Shown here: one piece after another, positions 20,710 through 30,776 of the stretch
Layout: each line of letters begins with the position of its first letter
Numbering within the stretch: the stretch's first letter is position 1
Assembly (NCBI GenBank): GCA_963675525.2
Contig: CAXXSL010000001.1
Location: forward strand, 128,001 to 192,000
Source: Anaerohalosphaeraceae bacterium
GTDB taxonomy: Bacteria; Planctomycetota; Phycisphaerae; Sedimentisphaerales; Anaerohalosphaeraceae
Direction of reading: 5' to 3'
DNA length: 64,000 nt
Position numbers and translations under genes: made by a program
Notes under the pieces: generated by a model
The model's input: the letters and a program-made list of their open reading frames with translations, nothing else
Databases searched by the model: none
Told to the model about the DNA's origin: nothing

Positions 20710-22871
20710 TAATTAATATCAAGCGTCAGTTATTGAGATTTATTTACCCAATAATTGGCTTGGCGGCTTTAATATGGTTCTTGATTCGTGTCATTCCCAA
20801 ACCGAGCAGAGCAACATATCCGTGCCAGCGTGCCGCGTTTCCGATTGCTTCTAGTTTCGTGATTTACTTGATGGGTTTACTGGGTGCGGTTGCGATTTTT
20901 CGTCGGGCACAGCATCGCATCAAACAGGCACGCTACGTTTTGGCCGCCGCGTGTATGGTGGTTGGATTGGCCGTGATCTTTTTTACCATGAGCTATCATT
21001 CTGAGACAGTTATAGGGGGAGAGTTTGTGCCGACTGATCTACCGAATTCACCGATTGGACAAGGCAAGGGGATCTTTCCGGGGCGGGTGGTGTGGGTTCA
21101 TGATCCGAACGCAACTTCCTGGGATGGTGTTAGCAACTACTGGTGGGATGACGATCATACGGATTCTGCGACGATCGAATCAATGATGACAAAAGCTGTT
21201 TGTTGGTTAACCCAGCAACCGGAAGAAACAAGTGCCTGGGACTCACTTTTTAGGCAGTATAACACGACACACGGCAAAGGGGATGTAGGCTATTCCGCTG
21301 GTGAAAGAATTGTTATTAAGCCCAACCACAATAACCAACTGTCCCATGACAATAGAGGCAACTCCGTTCCCGACACCCCTCCGGCCGTATATGTGGCCTT
21401 ACTGAAACAACTGGTTTACAAGGCCGGGATAGACCCCAATTATATTACCATATCTGAATCGTCGCGTTATATTGATGACAAGACTTACAATGCTTGTTTT
21501 GCGTTATTTCCCGAAATACGATATGAGGAAACAAATTATTATCTGCCTGAAAACAATCCCGGTACAAATGGTCGGCTGAAGGCCGAACCGGTTCCGAATA
21601 TGGTCGCATGGTCAAGCGTTAATCCGAATACCGGTCAATCGATAGCCAATTATCCACTTGCCAAGACATTTGTGGAAGCGGACTATGTCATCAATCTCGC
21701 CAGGATGCAGGGTCACGGTTTTGCCGGAGCAACACTTAGTGCCAAGAATTGGTATGGATGTTTCTGTCTCAGTCCTGAGTATGACGGCACCTTGCACAGT
21801 GGCAATGTTCTTCATGATCTTGTATCTTCGCCGCAATACGACAGGTATAGTCCATTAGTGGACTTGGCGGGTCATGAATGCCTGGGAGGCAAGACCATAC
21901 TCTATATATTGGACGGACTATGGGGTTTTGAGATTAATTATACGGGCTATCCGACTCAATTCACAAATGTTCCATTTAACGGAGATTACCCGTCGAGTAT
22001 ATTTGTGTCGCAGGATCCGGTGGCGATTGATTCTGTTGGGCTGGATTTTCTGACGTCACAATTTGATCTTAAAGATGTGCCGATCGATAGCTATCTTCAC
22101 GAAGCGGCGTTAGCGGATAATCCTACTTCTGGGGTCTTTTATGACCCTGAAGGGGACGGAACCTGTCTGGAAAGTCTGGGTGTGCATGAACACTGGAACA
22201 ATCCTGCAGATAAGCAGTATTCCCGCAATTTGGATACGGGAAGTGGGATTGAGTTAATCTATGTAAGCCCAACATCTCCTCCGGTTCCTGATCTGTTTGG
22301 GGATCTGGACAAAGACGGATGTGTCGGTATTCTGGATTTTGTCAAATTATCTTCTGCATGGGGTTCAAATCCATCGACCGGAAATTGGGATTCTGATTGT
22401 GATATTGCTCCAATTGGCGGAGACCAGTGTATCGACGTGAAGGATTTTGCGGTCATCAGTAATCAGTGGAACACAGTAACAACTTATGCACTGAAGGCCG
22501 ATTTTAATTTTGATCACAAGGTTTTCACGGATGATTTATATCAATTGCTGAGCCGGTGGCTGACAAATTCAGAACAACCAGGCTGGGTACCACGTTACGA
22601 TGTATTCCCCAATAACGGCGATGGGGTGATAAATAACAAGGATTTTTCATTCTTCAGCAAATACTGGTTGGATGGAGTCGAATTTATCCCGGCCGATTTG
22701 AATCGAGATTTAAGTGTGGACATTGCTGATTTTATTGTATTTATAGAAGCATGGCTTTCTGAGCAGGGGAATACGAATTGGAATGAAAAATGCGATTTTT
22801 GGCCTGTGGATGGCGATGGGCAGATTGATTTTAAGGATTTTTCGGTTTTAGCCCAAGAGTGGATAGAATAG
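20649..22871 (+). CDS. DUF362-like protein with N-terminal TM segments and C-terminal dockerin-like repeats
   Basis: WFLIRVIPKPSRATYPCQ, PGRVVWVHDP, IVIKPN, ADYVINLA...GATLSAKNWYG, SQDPVAIDSV; six repeats like GDLDKDGCVGILDF and ADLNRDLSVDIADF. Start uncertain. Confidence 0.7.
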   Translation: MFQTDKQKYVLWIGRKTLHLIINIKRQLLRFIYPIIGLAALIWFLIRVIPKPSRATYPCQRAAFPIASSFVIYLMGLLGAVAIFRRAQHRIKQARYVLAAACMVVGLAVIFFTMSYHSETVIGGEFVPTDLPNSPIGQGKGIFPGRVVWVHDPNATSWDGVSNYWWDDDHTDSATIESMMTKAVCWLTQQPEETSAWDSLFRQYNTTHGKGDVGYSAGERIVIKPNHNNQLSHDNRGNSVPDTPPAVYVALLKQLVYKAGIDPNYITISESSRYIDDKTYNACFALFPEIRYEETNYYLPENNPGTNGRLKAEPVPNMVAWSSVNPNTGQSIANYPLAKTFVEADYVINLARMQGHGFAGATLSAKNWYGCFCLSPEYDGTLHSGNVLHDLVSSPQYDRYSPLVDLAGHECLGGKTILYILDGLWGFEINYTGYPTQFTNVPFNGDYPSSIFVSQDPVAIDSVGLDFLTSQFDLKDVPIDSYLHEAALADNPTSGVFYDPEGDGTCLESLGVHEHWNNPADKQYSRNLDTGSGIELIYVSPTSPPVPDLFGDLDKDGCVGILDFVKLSSAWGSNPSTGNWDSDCDIAPIGGDQCIDVKDFAVISNQWNTVTTYALKADFNFDHKVFTDDLYQLLSRWLTNSEQPGWVPRYDVFPNNGDGVINNKDFSFFSKYWLDGVEFIPADLNRDLSVDIADFIVFIEAWLSEQGNTNWNEKCDFWPVDGDGQIDFKDFSVLAQEWIE

Positions 22872-23194
22872 ATATACACAAAACACGGTAAAGTATGTCT
22901 CGTCTTTGACCTTTGAGGTCTCAAAGACCGTTTTAACAAACAAACCCATTTTTCCTCAATGTTGGTTGTTGCCGACGGGCTTGTTGCCTGTAATGGTCTC
23001 CAAAGAATTGTTTCTGCCTGAAATAGAGCAGGCGAATTGAGCTGAGAATTGGCTTTTAGATAGCACTGAGAAAAGTTATAATCTGAAAATTCAACTTTAT
23101 ATCCGAGTGCGTGGATTGAAAAATAAACAGGCTGAATTTCTTATTGTTGTCTCAACAACGGCTTAATTAAAAATGTAGTATTAGGGAATTATTC

Positions 23195-24163
23195 ATGAAT
23201 ATCTTAATCACAGGCGGCGCAGGGTTTATCGGTTCACATTTGGCCGAGCGGTGTCTTCAGGACGGTCACAGGGTCACGGTGATTGATGATTTAAGTACGG
23301 GGTCCATGGAGAATATTGTTTCCATAAAGGATCACACCAAGTTTGAATTTGTCTATGATACAGTTCGCAATGAAAGCACGATGTATTTGCTGGTCGAAAA
23401 GTGTGATATGATTTTTCACCTGGCCGCCGCGGTAGGAGTACAGTTAATTGTGGATCGGCCGGTCCATACGATCGAGACGAATATTCACGGGACAGAGGTG
23501 GTTTTGTCCGTTGCGAATAAATTCCGTAAAAAAGTGCTGATCGCCTCCACCAGTGAAGTCTACGGCAAAAGCGAGATGGTTCCTTTCCACGAAGACGATG
23601 ATACGGTACTGGGCAGCACGCGTTTCAGCCGGTGGTCTTATGCCTGCAGTAAAGCAATTGATGAGTTCCTGAGTCTTGCCTATCATCAGCAATACGGCTT
23701 GCCAACGATCATTGTTCGGCTTTTTAATACGGTAGGGCCGCGACAAACAGGACGGTATGGCATGGTGATCCCCCGGTTTGTGGAGCGAGCTATGCGAAAC
23801 GAACCCATTCAGATATATGGAGACGGCAGGCAAAGCCGTTGTTTCTGTTGTGTTTATGATGTGGTGGATGGATTGGTGAATCTTATGGACTGTCCTCGGG
23901 CCGCCGGGAAGGTCTTCAATGTGGGCTCGGAAGAAGAGATTTCGATGGAGTTACTGGCAGATAAAATCATTCAAATGACCGCCAGTCAAAGCACCAAAGA
24001 ATATCTGTCTTACGAAGAGGCTTATGGCAAGCCGTTTGATGATATGCGAAAGCGTGTCCCATCACTGGAAAGAATTCAACAAACCGTCGGCTATTCGCCG
24101 AAGTATTCACTTGAGCAAACACTCGAATTGATTATTCAGGACATTAAAAGGCGATTGTCTTAA
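23195..24163 (+). CDS. NAD-dependent NDP-sugar epimerase/dehydratase (extended SDR)
   Basis: ITGGAGFIGSHL, STSEVYGK, YACSK, RLFNTVGPRQ. Confidence 0.9.
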   Translation: MNILITGGAGFIGSHLAERCLQDGHRVTVIDDLSTGSMENIVSIKDHTKFEFVYDTVRNESTMYLLVEKCDMIFHLAAAVGVQLIVDRPVHTIETNIHGTEVVLSVANKFRKKVLIASTSEVYGKSEMVPFHEDDDTVLGSTRFSRWSYACSKAIDEFLSLAYHQQYGLPTIIVRLFNTVGPRQTGRYGMVIPRFVERAMRNEPIQIYGDGRQSRCFCCVYDVVDGLVNLMDCPRAAGKVFNVGSEEEISMELLADKIIQMTASQSTKEYLSYEEAYGKPFDDMRKRVPSLERIQQTVGYSPKYSLEQTLELIIQDIKRRLS

Positions 24164-24181
24164 GGGACGAACTGTTATCTA

Positions 24182-26188
24182 ATGGCTGACGTTTCCAACA
24201 ACATTGATTATATGAAGGCAGTGATACTCGTCGGGAGCCATGATTTTGGGCGGTGCCCGGTAGCTTCTCGAACGAATCGAGTCCTTTGGCCCGTTTTTGG
24301 AAAGCCGGCATTGCAGGTCCTTCTGGAACAGTTGGCCCGGCAGGGGATCATACGTATTGTCATAAGCTGTGAAAATCATTCTGACATCATTCAGAAATCC
24401 ATCCAATTGCCGAAAGAATTGAATGTCTCATTTCGAGAAGAAACTCTGCCTCGGGGGCCCGCCGGGTGCATTCGAAATGCAGCCGAGCCGGAAGATGAAC
24501 TTCTTTTAGTTCTTTCGGCAAGTATGCTTTATTTGCCCCCGATTGAAGAACTCCTTGATAAGCACCGTCGAACACAGGCGGATATGACGGTTTTTCTGGA
24601 TTCTCAAGAGAATAACAATAAACAATTCCAGCCGGAAGACTCCCAGATTTATCTGTGTGAACGGACTGTTTTATCCTGTATTCCGGAAACCGGTTTTTTT
24701 GATATTAAGGAAGGATTTATTCCTGCCGCCGTAAAAGAGGGATTGCGAATATGCGCTGCTCACTTACGATCCGGATCCGGACATTACCGGAACTGGGCGG
24801 AATACGCAACTCAGCTTAAAAAACAGTGCTTTAGTCAAACACAAAGAGAAATTTTCTTATCCGATTTTTCTTGTTGGTCTGATAGACCGGATGTTCTTAT
24901 CGGCTCGAATGTCCGGATTTCTGAAAAAGCGGAAATTTTCGGTCCTGTTGTCATCGGAGATGATTCAATCATTATGGATGATGTTATGATTTTTGGTCCT
25001 TGCGTTATTGGTCGAGACGCATGCCTCGGACCGGAAAGCATTATCGAAGAAAGTGTTTTGTGGGACCGGGTGACGACAGGGCGGCGATCCAGAATTCGAT
25101 ATTGTTTAGTTGATTATAATATGGCGGTTTCGGATGGTTGTGAAAGATCCAATCAATTAGTTCCTTTTTCCGGATCGAAGATTCAAAAAACATTTAATGC
25201 ATGGAAACGAAAAAAAACACAAAAGACAGTTCAGATTAAGAGTTGCGGTTCCAATGAAGCAGATGCAGAATCCCTGACTTTGGGTATGTTTTTTCAGAGT
25301 AAAACGGAAAAACTTATCGGACTGTTGTTTGCATTATTAATGCTTGGAATATTAATTATCTCATATTGGGAGCCGACGATCAAATCCTTGGCGAAGGTTT
25401 GGCTGGGGAGCGATGAATATTCCAGCGGTCTCTTGGTCCCCATTGTGGCGGTTTATATTCTTTGGTTAAGAAGAAAGACGTTTGGGCATATTATAATTAT
25501 CCCGTCTCTGTGGGCTTTTTTGTTGCTCTTGACAGCTCAAGGAATTCGCTTTTTCGGGCTCTATTATCGGTTCGAATCGGCGGAGCGATTGTCTTTTGTG
25601 CTTTCGATCGGCGCTGTTGTAATCTTGCTTTTGGGCGGACAATTTTTCAAAAAACTATTGCCGATATTTTTGTTCTTATTTCTGATGCTCCCACTGCCAA
25701 ATCGTGTGGAAACCTATATTACGGCACCGTTACAGGTGTGGGCGACGGTTTCTTCTGTTTTTTGCCTGGAAACGCTTGGGTTTTCGGTTATCCGTGAGGG
25801 CAATATTATCAATATTAATGGAACGTTAGTGGCTGTTGCGGAAGCCTGTAATGGATTACGCATGTTAACAGCCTTTGTTGTGGTCACGGCATTGGTAGCG
25901 CTTACAATTAAAAGGAAATGGACAGAGAAGGTCTTGATAGTGATGTCTTGTATTCCTATCGCCTTGATTTGTAATACATTAAGATTGACCGTTACGGCAA
26001 TTGCTTTTACAAAACTGGACACGGAAAGATGGGAAAAGATCTTCCATGATTTCGGGGGTTTTGCCATGATGCCGGTGGCCTTGGCCATTACGATTTTCGA
26101 GCTTTGGGTGTTATCCAATGTGTTGATTAATCCGAAAAATAAACAAGAACAAGTCGTTTATCGTAAAGATAACAATTATTCAAAATAA
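24182..26188 (+). CDS. Exosortase fused to an N-terminal degenerate nucleotidyltransferase-like and beta-helix module
   Basis: C-terminal multi-TM domain with EYSSGLLVP, FLMLPLP, VAEACNGLRML (Cys), CNTLRL (Arg) and FHDFGG (His). The N-terminus has KAVILVG...WPVFGKP, ETLPRGPAGCIR and hexapeptide repeats. Confidence 0.85.
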   Translation: MADVSNNIDYMKAVILVGSHDFGRCPVASRTNRVLWPVFGKPALQVLLEQLARQGIIRIVISCENHSDIIQKSIQLPKELNVSFREETLPRGPAGCIRNAAEPEDELLLVLSASMLYLPPIEELLDKHRRTQADMTVFLDSQENNNKQFQPEDSQIYLCERTVLSCIPETGFFDIKEGFIPAAVKEGLRICAAHLRSGSGHYRNWAEYATQLKKQCFSQTQREIFLSDFSCWSDRPDVLIGSNVRISEKAEIFGPVVIGDDSIIMDDVMIFGPCVIGRDACLGPESIIEESVLWDRVTTGRRSRIRYCLVDYNMAVSDGCERSNQLVPFSGSKIQKTFNAWKRKKTQKTVQIKSCGSNEADAESLTLGMFFQSKTEKLIGLLFALLMLGILIISYWEPTIKSLAKVWLGSDEYSSGLLVPIVAVYILWLRRKTFGHIIIIPSLWAFLLLLTAQGIRFFGLYYRFESAERLSFVLSIGAVVILLLGGQFFKKLLPIFLFLFLMLPLPNRVETYITAPLQVWATVSSVFCLETLGFSVIREGNIININGTLVAVAEACNGLRMLTAFVVVTALVALTIKRKWTEKVLIVMSCIPIALICNTLRLTVTAIAFTKLDTERWEKIFHDFGGFAMMPVALAITIFELWVLSNVLINPKNKQEQVVYRKDNNYSK

Positions 26189-26201
26189 TAAGGATTGCTA
26201 C

Positions 26202-28448
26202 ATGGAGGAATTTGAAAAAAATCAAAATCTGCCGGTGCTCTCAGAGGTTGTTGAGTATGATATGCCGAATCAAGAGCCCGAGACCAATCCTATGGAGTTA
26301 TTGGGGGCTGTTTTGCGGCGATGGTATGTGGTACTACTGGTGTTATTGATTGTTTCCGGTGCCGGCATTTCTGCGGTCTATTTCCTGATGACTAAAAAGT
26401 ATGAGAGTAGCGGGATGATTCGAGTTTCTACTGTTGATACGCCCATCATGTATGAAATCGAAGGACGGTTGCCGCCATATGATACTTTTAAAAATACACA
26501 AGCGACCTTGATAGGACAGGATTTCGTTCTGAATCGTGCTGCCGATGAATTAAAAGATAGAAATTTAAACTTTTTTGAATCGAGACAGGATATTTTCTTA
26601 ACGCTGAAGAAAATGGTAGTTGATAAAGCGATTGAAATTATTCCGGACCGACAAAGTGAATTTATTCACATTCGAATGGAAACGGAATTTCCGCGAGATG
26701 CTGAGCAGGTGATTGATGCGATCATTCGCGGATACATGAGCATTGTTTTTTCCGAGGAAACCAAGGGAGACGATGCGAGATTGACCGCCCTGGAGAAGAG
26801 AAAGAAGATTCTGGAAGACCAGATGGAGCAGCAACGCCTCAAGATCCGTCAGCGTGCCCAAGAGTATGGGACTGAAGAGTTAACCTCTCGGCAGGAAATG
26901 ATGCTGGATCAGGTGGCGACGCTTCAGCAGGAACTGATCGCTATCAGCATTCGACGGATCATGCTGGAAACACAGGTCGAAATGAAGCAGAATCAAGTCG
27001 ATTCTGAGCTGACGGTTGGTGATTTAACCCGGCAGCGACAGGAACTTGTTGAAAGAGACCCGATTGTGCAATCTTTACAAGGTGATGTGAGTCGGTATGA
27101 GGAATTGGTCCGCGAAGGCCAGGCAACGATGCAGGAGAGCAATCCGGAATTAAAACGCCGGGTCGAGATTCTCGAAGATTTAAGACGTCAACTGGAAAAA
27201 CGAAGAAACGAAATTGCATCGGATGTTGAAGGGCGGTTAGCGAAAGAAATTGCCGGTTCACGTAAGGGCGAGTTAAATATGTTAGAGGGAGAATTGAAGC
27301 AGACAATTGCTTACGAAGAACGCCTTCGAAACAAACTCGAGAAAATTGATGCTGATACAATCGGCCTTGGCCGTAAGCAATTCGAAATTGACGATTATTC
27401 CGAACAGCTTGATCAGATCAGGCAGGTTTACAATGATGTCAGTCGACGCATTGAAGAATTGAACACGGAACGATCCCGTCAGCCGCGGATTTCCGTGGGG
27501 TCGTATGCCGGAAGCATTGAAGCAAAAGGCAAACGCAGAAAGATGGCGATGGCTTCAATTTTCGGCGGACTGGCTTTGGGTGTCTTTTTAGCGATTGTGA
27601 TCGATAAACTTGATAAAAGCCTGAAAGGACCGGCTGAGATGGTAAAGCGAATTGGCGTTCGAATTATCGGGACAACCACTTCGCCGCACGATGTCGATAA
27701 AGAGTTGCTTCCTCAGCAACTGATGGATGATTACCAGACAATTTGTACAAACATCGGTTTTCTGGATGATTCAGGAAAAACCAAAACAATTGTGGTGACC
27801 AGTCCCGGGATGGCGGATGGGAAAACGACGTTTTCAATTAACCTGGCGACGAGTTATGTCAAATCGGGATTTAAAACACTTTTGATTGATGGTGATCTTC
27901 GCAAGCCTGATGTCGCCAGAACTCTTAAAATACCGGCTGAGTACCAGCGGGGCCTTCAGGATTATTTATTCGGAGCCGACCTTCAGAAAGCTTTATACAA
28001 ACTTGATTCGATGGATTTCTATGTGTTAGCCGCCGATCATCGTAATTCGTCAGATGCACTTAAAATACTTGCACATCCGCAACTGATTCGTTGCATTCAG
28101 CAACTTCAGAATCATTTCGATAAGATTATCATTGATACGCCGCCTGTACTGGCATTTTCTGACGCGCTTGTTTTGGCACGTATATCGGATGGGGTGGTGC
28201 TGACCAGCTTTGTGGACCATACCTCCAAAGTGGAAATGCGTGAAGCGGTTGATCGACTGAATGAGGTTAATGCACGCATTCTGGGAACGGTCGTCAATAA
28301 TGTCAAGGTGTCTCATAGTTATCGACGCTATGGGTATGGGTATGGGTACGATTACGGAAAAGCATCACGTAAGAAGCAGTCCCAGCGAAGAAAAAGAAAC
28401 TCGGAATCGCTGTTGATTTCGGGAGATATTAATAACACAGGTGATTAG
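26202..28448 (+). CDS. wzc: Wzc-like polysaccharide co-polymerase / BY tyrosine kinase
   Basis: Two TMs around a coiled-coil region; Walker A SPGMADGKTT, A' LLIDGDLRKP, B IIIDTPP; Tyr cluster YRRYGYGYGYDYG. Confidence 0.85.
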   Translation: MEEFEKNQNLPVLSEVVEYDMPNQEPETNPMELLGAVLRRWYVVLLVLLIVSGAGISAVYFLMTKKYESSGMIRVSTVDTPIMYEIEGRLPPYDTFKNTQATLIGQDFVLNRAADELKDRNLNFFESRQDIFLTLKKMVVDKAIEIIPDRQSEFIHIRMETEFPRDAEQVIDAIIRGYMSIVFSEETKGDDARLTALEKRKKILEDQMEQQRLKIRQRAQEYGTEELTSRQEMMLDQVATLQQELIAISIRRIMLETQVEMKQNQVDSELTVGDLTRQRQELVERDPIVQSLQGDVSRYEELVREGQATMQESNPELKRRVEILEDLRRQLEKRRNEIASDVEGRLAKEIAGSRKGELNMLEGELKQTIAYEERLRNKLEKIDADTIGLGRKQFEIDDYSEQLDQIRQVYNDVSRRIEELNTERSRQPRISVGSYAGSIEAKGKRRKMAMASIFGGLALGVFLAIVIDKLDKSLKGPAEMVKRIGVRIIGTTTSPHDVDKELLPQQLMDDYQTICTNIGFLDDSGKTKTIVVTSPGMADGKTTFSINLATSYVKSGFKTLLIDGDLRKPDVARTLKIPAEYQRGLQDYLFGADLQKALYKLDSMDFYVLAADHRNSSDALKILAHPQLIRCIQQLQNHFDKIIIDTPPVLAFSDALVLARISDGVVLTSFVDHTSKVEMREAVDRLNEVNARILGTVVNNVKVSHSYRRYGYGYGYDYGKASRKKQSQRRKRNSESLLISGDINNTGD

Positions 28449-28475
28449 CCACAGAAGGTTCCCTAGGATAATTTC

Positions 28476-30077
28476 ATGAGGATACTGTTTTTTCCGGAAG
28501 AAGAAGACTTATTGCAGCAGGTTTGTCTGTCCCGGCCTTTCGGGGCGATGTTTATCAATCAGCTTAACCAAAAACTTTTTGTTGGCGGCAGAGATCTTCA
28601 TATTCTACTTCCTGAGCGATGGATGCGGGAAAATCCTCAACTCAAAACGCTCCACCCTTTAAGTTATCAGGAACCGTCTTGGAAAGTGCCCGATTCTTTT
28701 TACGGCTCAGTTCCTGATGAGATTTGTTTTTTGAATGGCCGATTCTTTTTCACAACAGATGAAGCCCACTTAAACGAAACGCTTAGAGGGTGCTCTTGGG
28801 ATATTGCATCAGTTCAGATATGTGCTGATTTGAAAAGCTCCAAAGAGATATTCAAGCTAACCCCTCAAAATCAGGTTGTAGGATTCCGCCGCTTTTACAG
28901 TTCTTCGATTGAGCCGATTGACGCGCCGGATTATTGGCCTCCCTTACTTATCTTGAAAAAAAGCGTTTTTCAAAAGCTTTGTATAAATGGCGGCTTCCCC
29001 ACCGATTTCCAAAGATTAAAACAGGAAATCAGCCGAATGCAATTGAATACCGTAAATTTGCGAGTGGGAGGGGAGATAACTTCTTTTGATGAGCAGTATG
29101 CGTTGTTAGACAGCATGGAAGGGTTTCAGGATAATATTCCGAATCGAAAACAAGCGGCTCTGGCAGCCTCAGGATGTAGAGTAATAGAGCCGGTTTTCAT
29201 TGGAAAGGATGTGATCATTGAATCGGGTACCCGGCTGATCGGCCCGGTGGTGTTATCTGACGGTGTTCATGTTAAGGCCGGATCGGTTGTTCGACGGTCG
29301 ATTCTCGGAGAAGGCATAACGGTTGAACAAAACGGGTTTGTTAATAATCAAGTGTGTTTGAATAGGACGCAAGCCGGATCACTGCTGCCGGCAAATAACA
29401 CGTTTGTACGCGTCGGAGAATTTTCTTTTCCAAAGTACGAATATCGAAGATGGCCGTTCTTTTCATATGCTCGGCTGGGCAAAAGGATTTTTGATATTAT
29501 CGCATCGCTATTGGTTCTGATTTTGCTGGTGCCGGTTTTTCCTTTGGTCATCGTGATGATTAAATTGACCTCACCCGGACCCATTTTTTATAAGGCTCGG
29601 CGTCAGGGGCTGTGGGGTAAAGAATTCGGCTGTATGAAATTTCGCACAATGGTTCAGCAGGCGGATGCAATGCAGGAACGACTTCGAGTTGTCAACCAGG
29701 TGGACGGTCCGCAGTTTAAAATTAAAAACGATCCTCGGATTTCAGGAGCCGGAAAATTTTTACGGGACACCTGTATTGACGAGCTTCCTCAGTTTATTAA
29801 TGTGCTCCTTGGACAAATGAGCATTGTGGGCCCCCGCCCTTCTCCGGAGAATGAAAATGATTCCTGTCCCACATGGCGGGATGCTCGACTGTCGGTCCGG
29901 CCGGGAATTACAGGACTTTGGCAGGTTTTACGGACTCGGCAGGCCGGGGAGGACTTTCAGGAATGGGTTTTTTATGACACCCAATATGTAAGAAATTTGT
30001 CATTTGGAAAAGATCTTTGGATTTGCGCAAAAACGGCCCACATGCTGATTAATACGTTTTTAAAGCAGTTTGGATAA
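28476..30077 (+). CDS. Priming phosphoglycosyltransferase (bacterial sugar transferase) with a degenerate NTase-like/beta-helix N-terminus
   Basis: KRIFD, KFRTM, DPRI, IDELPQFINVLLGQMSIVGPRP, RPGITGLWQV; hexapeptide repeats PVFIGKDVIIESGTRLIGPVVLSDGVHV upstream. Confidence 0.85.
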   Translation: MRILFFPEEEDLLQQVCLSRPFGAMFINQLNQKLFVGGRDLHILLPERWMRENPQLKTLHPLSYQEPSWKVPDSFYGSVPDEICFLNGRFFFTTDEAHLNETLRGCSWDIASVQICADLKSSKEIFKLTPQNQVVGFRRFYSSSIEPIDAPDYWPPLLILKKSVFQKLCINGGFPTDFQRLKQEISRMQLNTVNLRVGGEITSFDEQYALLDSMEGFQDNIPNRKQAALAASGCRVIEPVFIGKDVIIESGTRLIGPVVLSDGVHVKAGSVVRRSILGEGITVEQNGFVNNQVCLNRTQAGSLLPANNTFVRVGEFSFPKYEYRRWPFFSYARLGKRIFDIIASLLVLILLVPVFPLVIVMIKLTSPGPIFYKARRQGLWGKEFGCMKFRTMVQQADAMQERLRVVNQVDGPQFKIKNDPRISGAGKFLRDTCIDELPQFINVLLGQMSIVGPRPSPENENDSCPTWRDARLSVRPGITGLWQVLRTRQAGEDFQEWVFYDTQYVRNLSFGKDLWICAKTAHMLINTFLKQFG

Positions 30078-30199
30078 ATCAGTGAGGAGATTCAAATTAT
30101 TTGGATATTGCTGTTTTTTCGGAATCTCTCAAAAATTTTCTTGTCAGTGATGTTTTTCAGTGCTAATCTGCTCGCAATCAAGCTCTTTTGAATAAAAAT

Positions 30200-30410
30200 A
30201 GATTGAGTTTCAGGTTCGGACGAAACACGATAGTTTCGGCCGAATAACGAAATGGGAACACGGTGAAAATCCGTGACGGTCGCGCCGCTGTGTGTGTCCA
30301 TTGTGTTGATGTTTTAGCACAAATCTTTCCGGCATTGTCCCACTGTCCGATTTAAGGATGGGAAGGGGCCGGCAAAGTAGGATACGAGTCAGAAAACCTG
30401 CCTGAGGTTC
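30200..30410 (+). ncRNA. Cobalamin (B12) riboswitch
   Basis: TCAGGT (30210) pairs with CCTGA (30401); AATGGGAACACGGTGAAAATCCGTGACGGTCGCGCCGCTGTG core; CCACTG...GGGAAGG; B12-box-like GAGTCAGAAAACCTGCC. Confidence 0.9.
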
Positions 30411-30507
30411 AATATAGTTGTGATGCTCTCGCGATTGGAGTCATAGCGCAAGACCGAACTTCTCTGGTATCAGGGTTTCTTTCCGGGTTTGGTTTTTATG
30501 GATTTTT

Positions 30508-30545
30508 AAGCCGCTGTTTCTCGAATGAGAGCAGCGGCTTTTTTT
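30508..30545 (+). terminator. Intrinsic terminator, probable riboswitch expression platform
   Basis: AAGCCGCTGTTTCTC-GAAT-GAGAGCAGCGGCTT followed by a T run, between the aptamer and the first gene. Confidence 0.75.
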
Positions 30546-30776
30546 ATGTTATTTTTTTTAATCTGCGCAAGACAGATCAGAAAGGAGGCAGTTCAAAGAA
30601 AAACAAGAGATTTTTCCTCATTACGGGTTTGTATGTTATTTCCAATTCCAGTCCGGTGTAGGACTGGAAACCAAACCGGTAGATTGTCGCGGCAGGCAAG
30701 GGTCTGCCGCCAGCCGCGGCGTTCTGCCAAAACGAGAAATTGAATAATTTTGAAGTTGAAGGCTTCGGAGAGCAAG

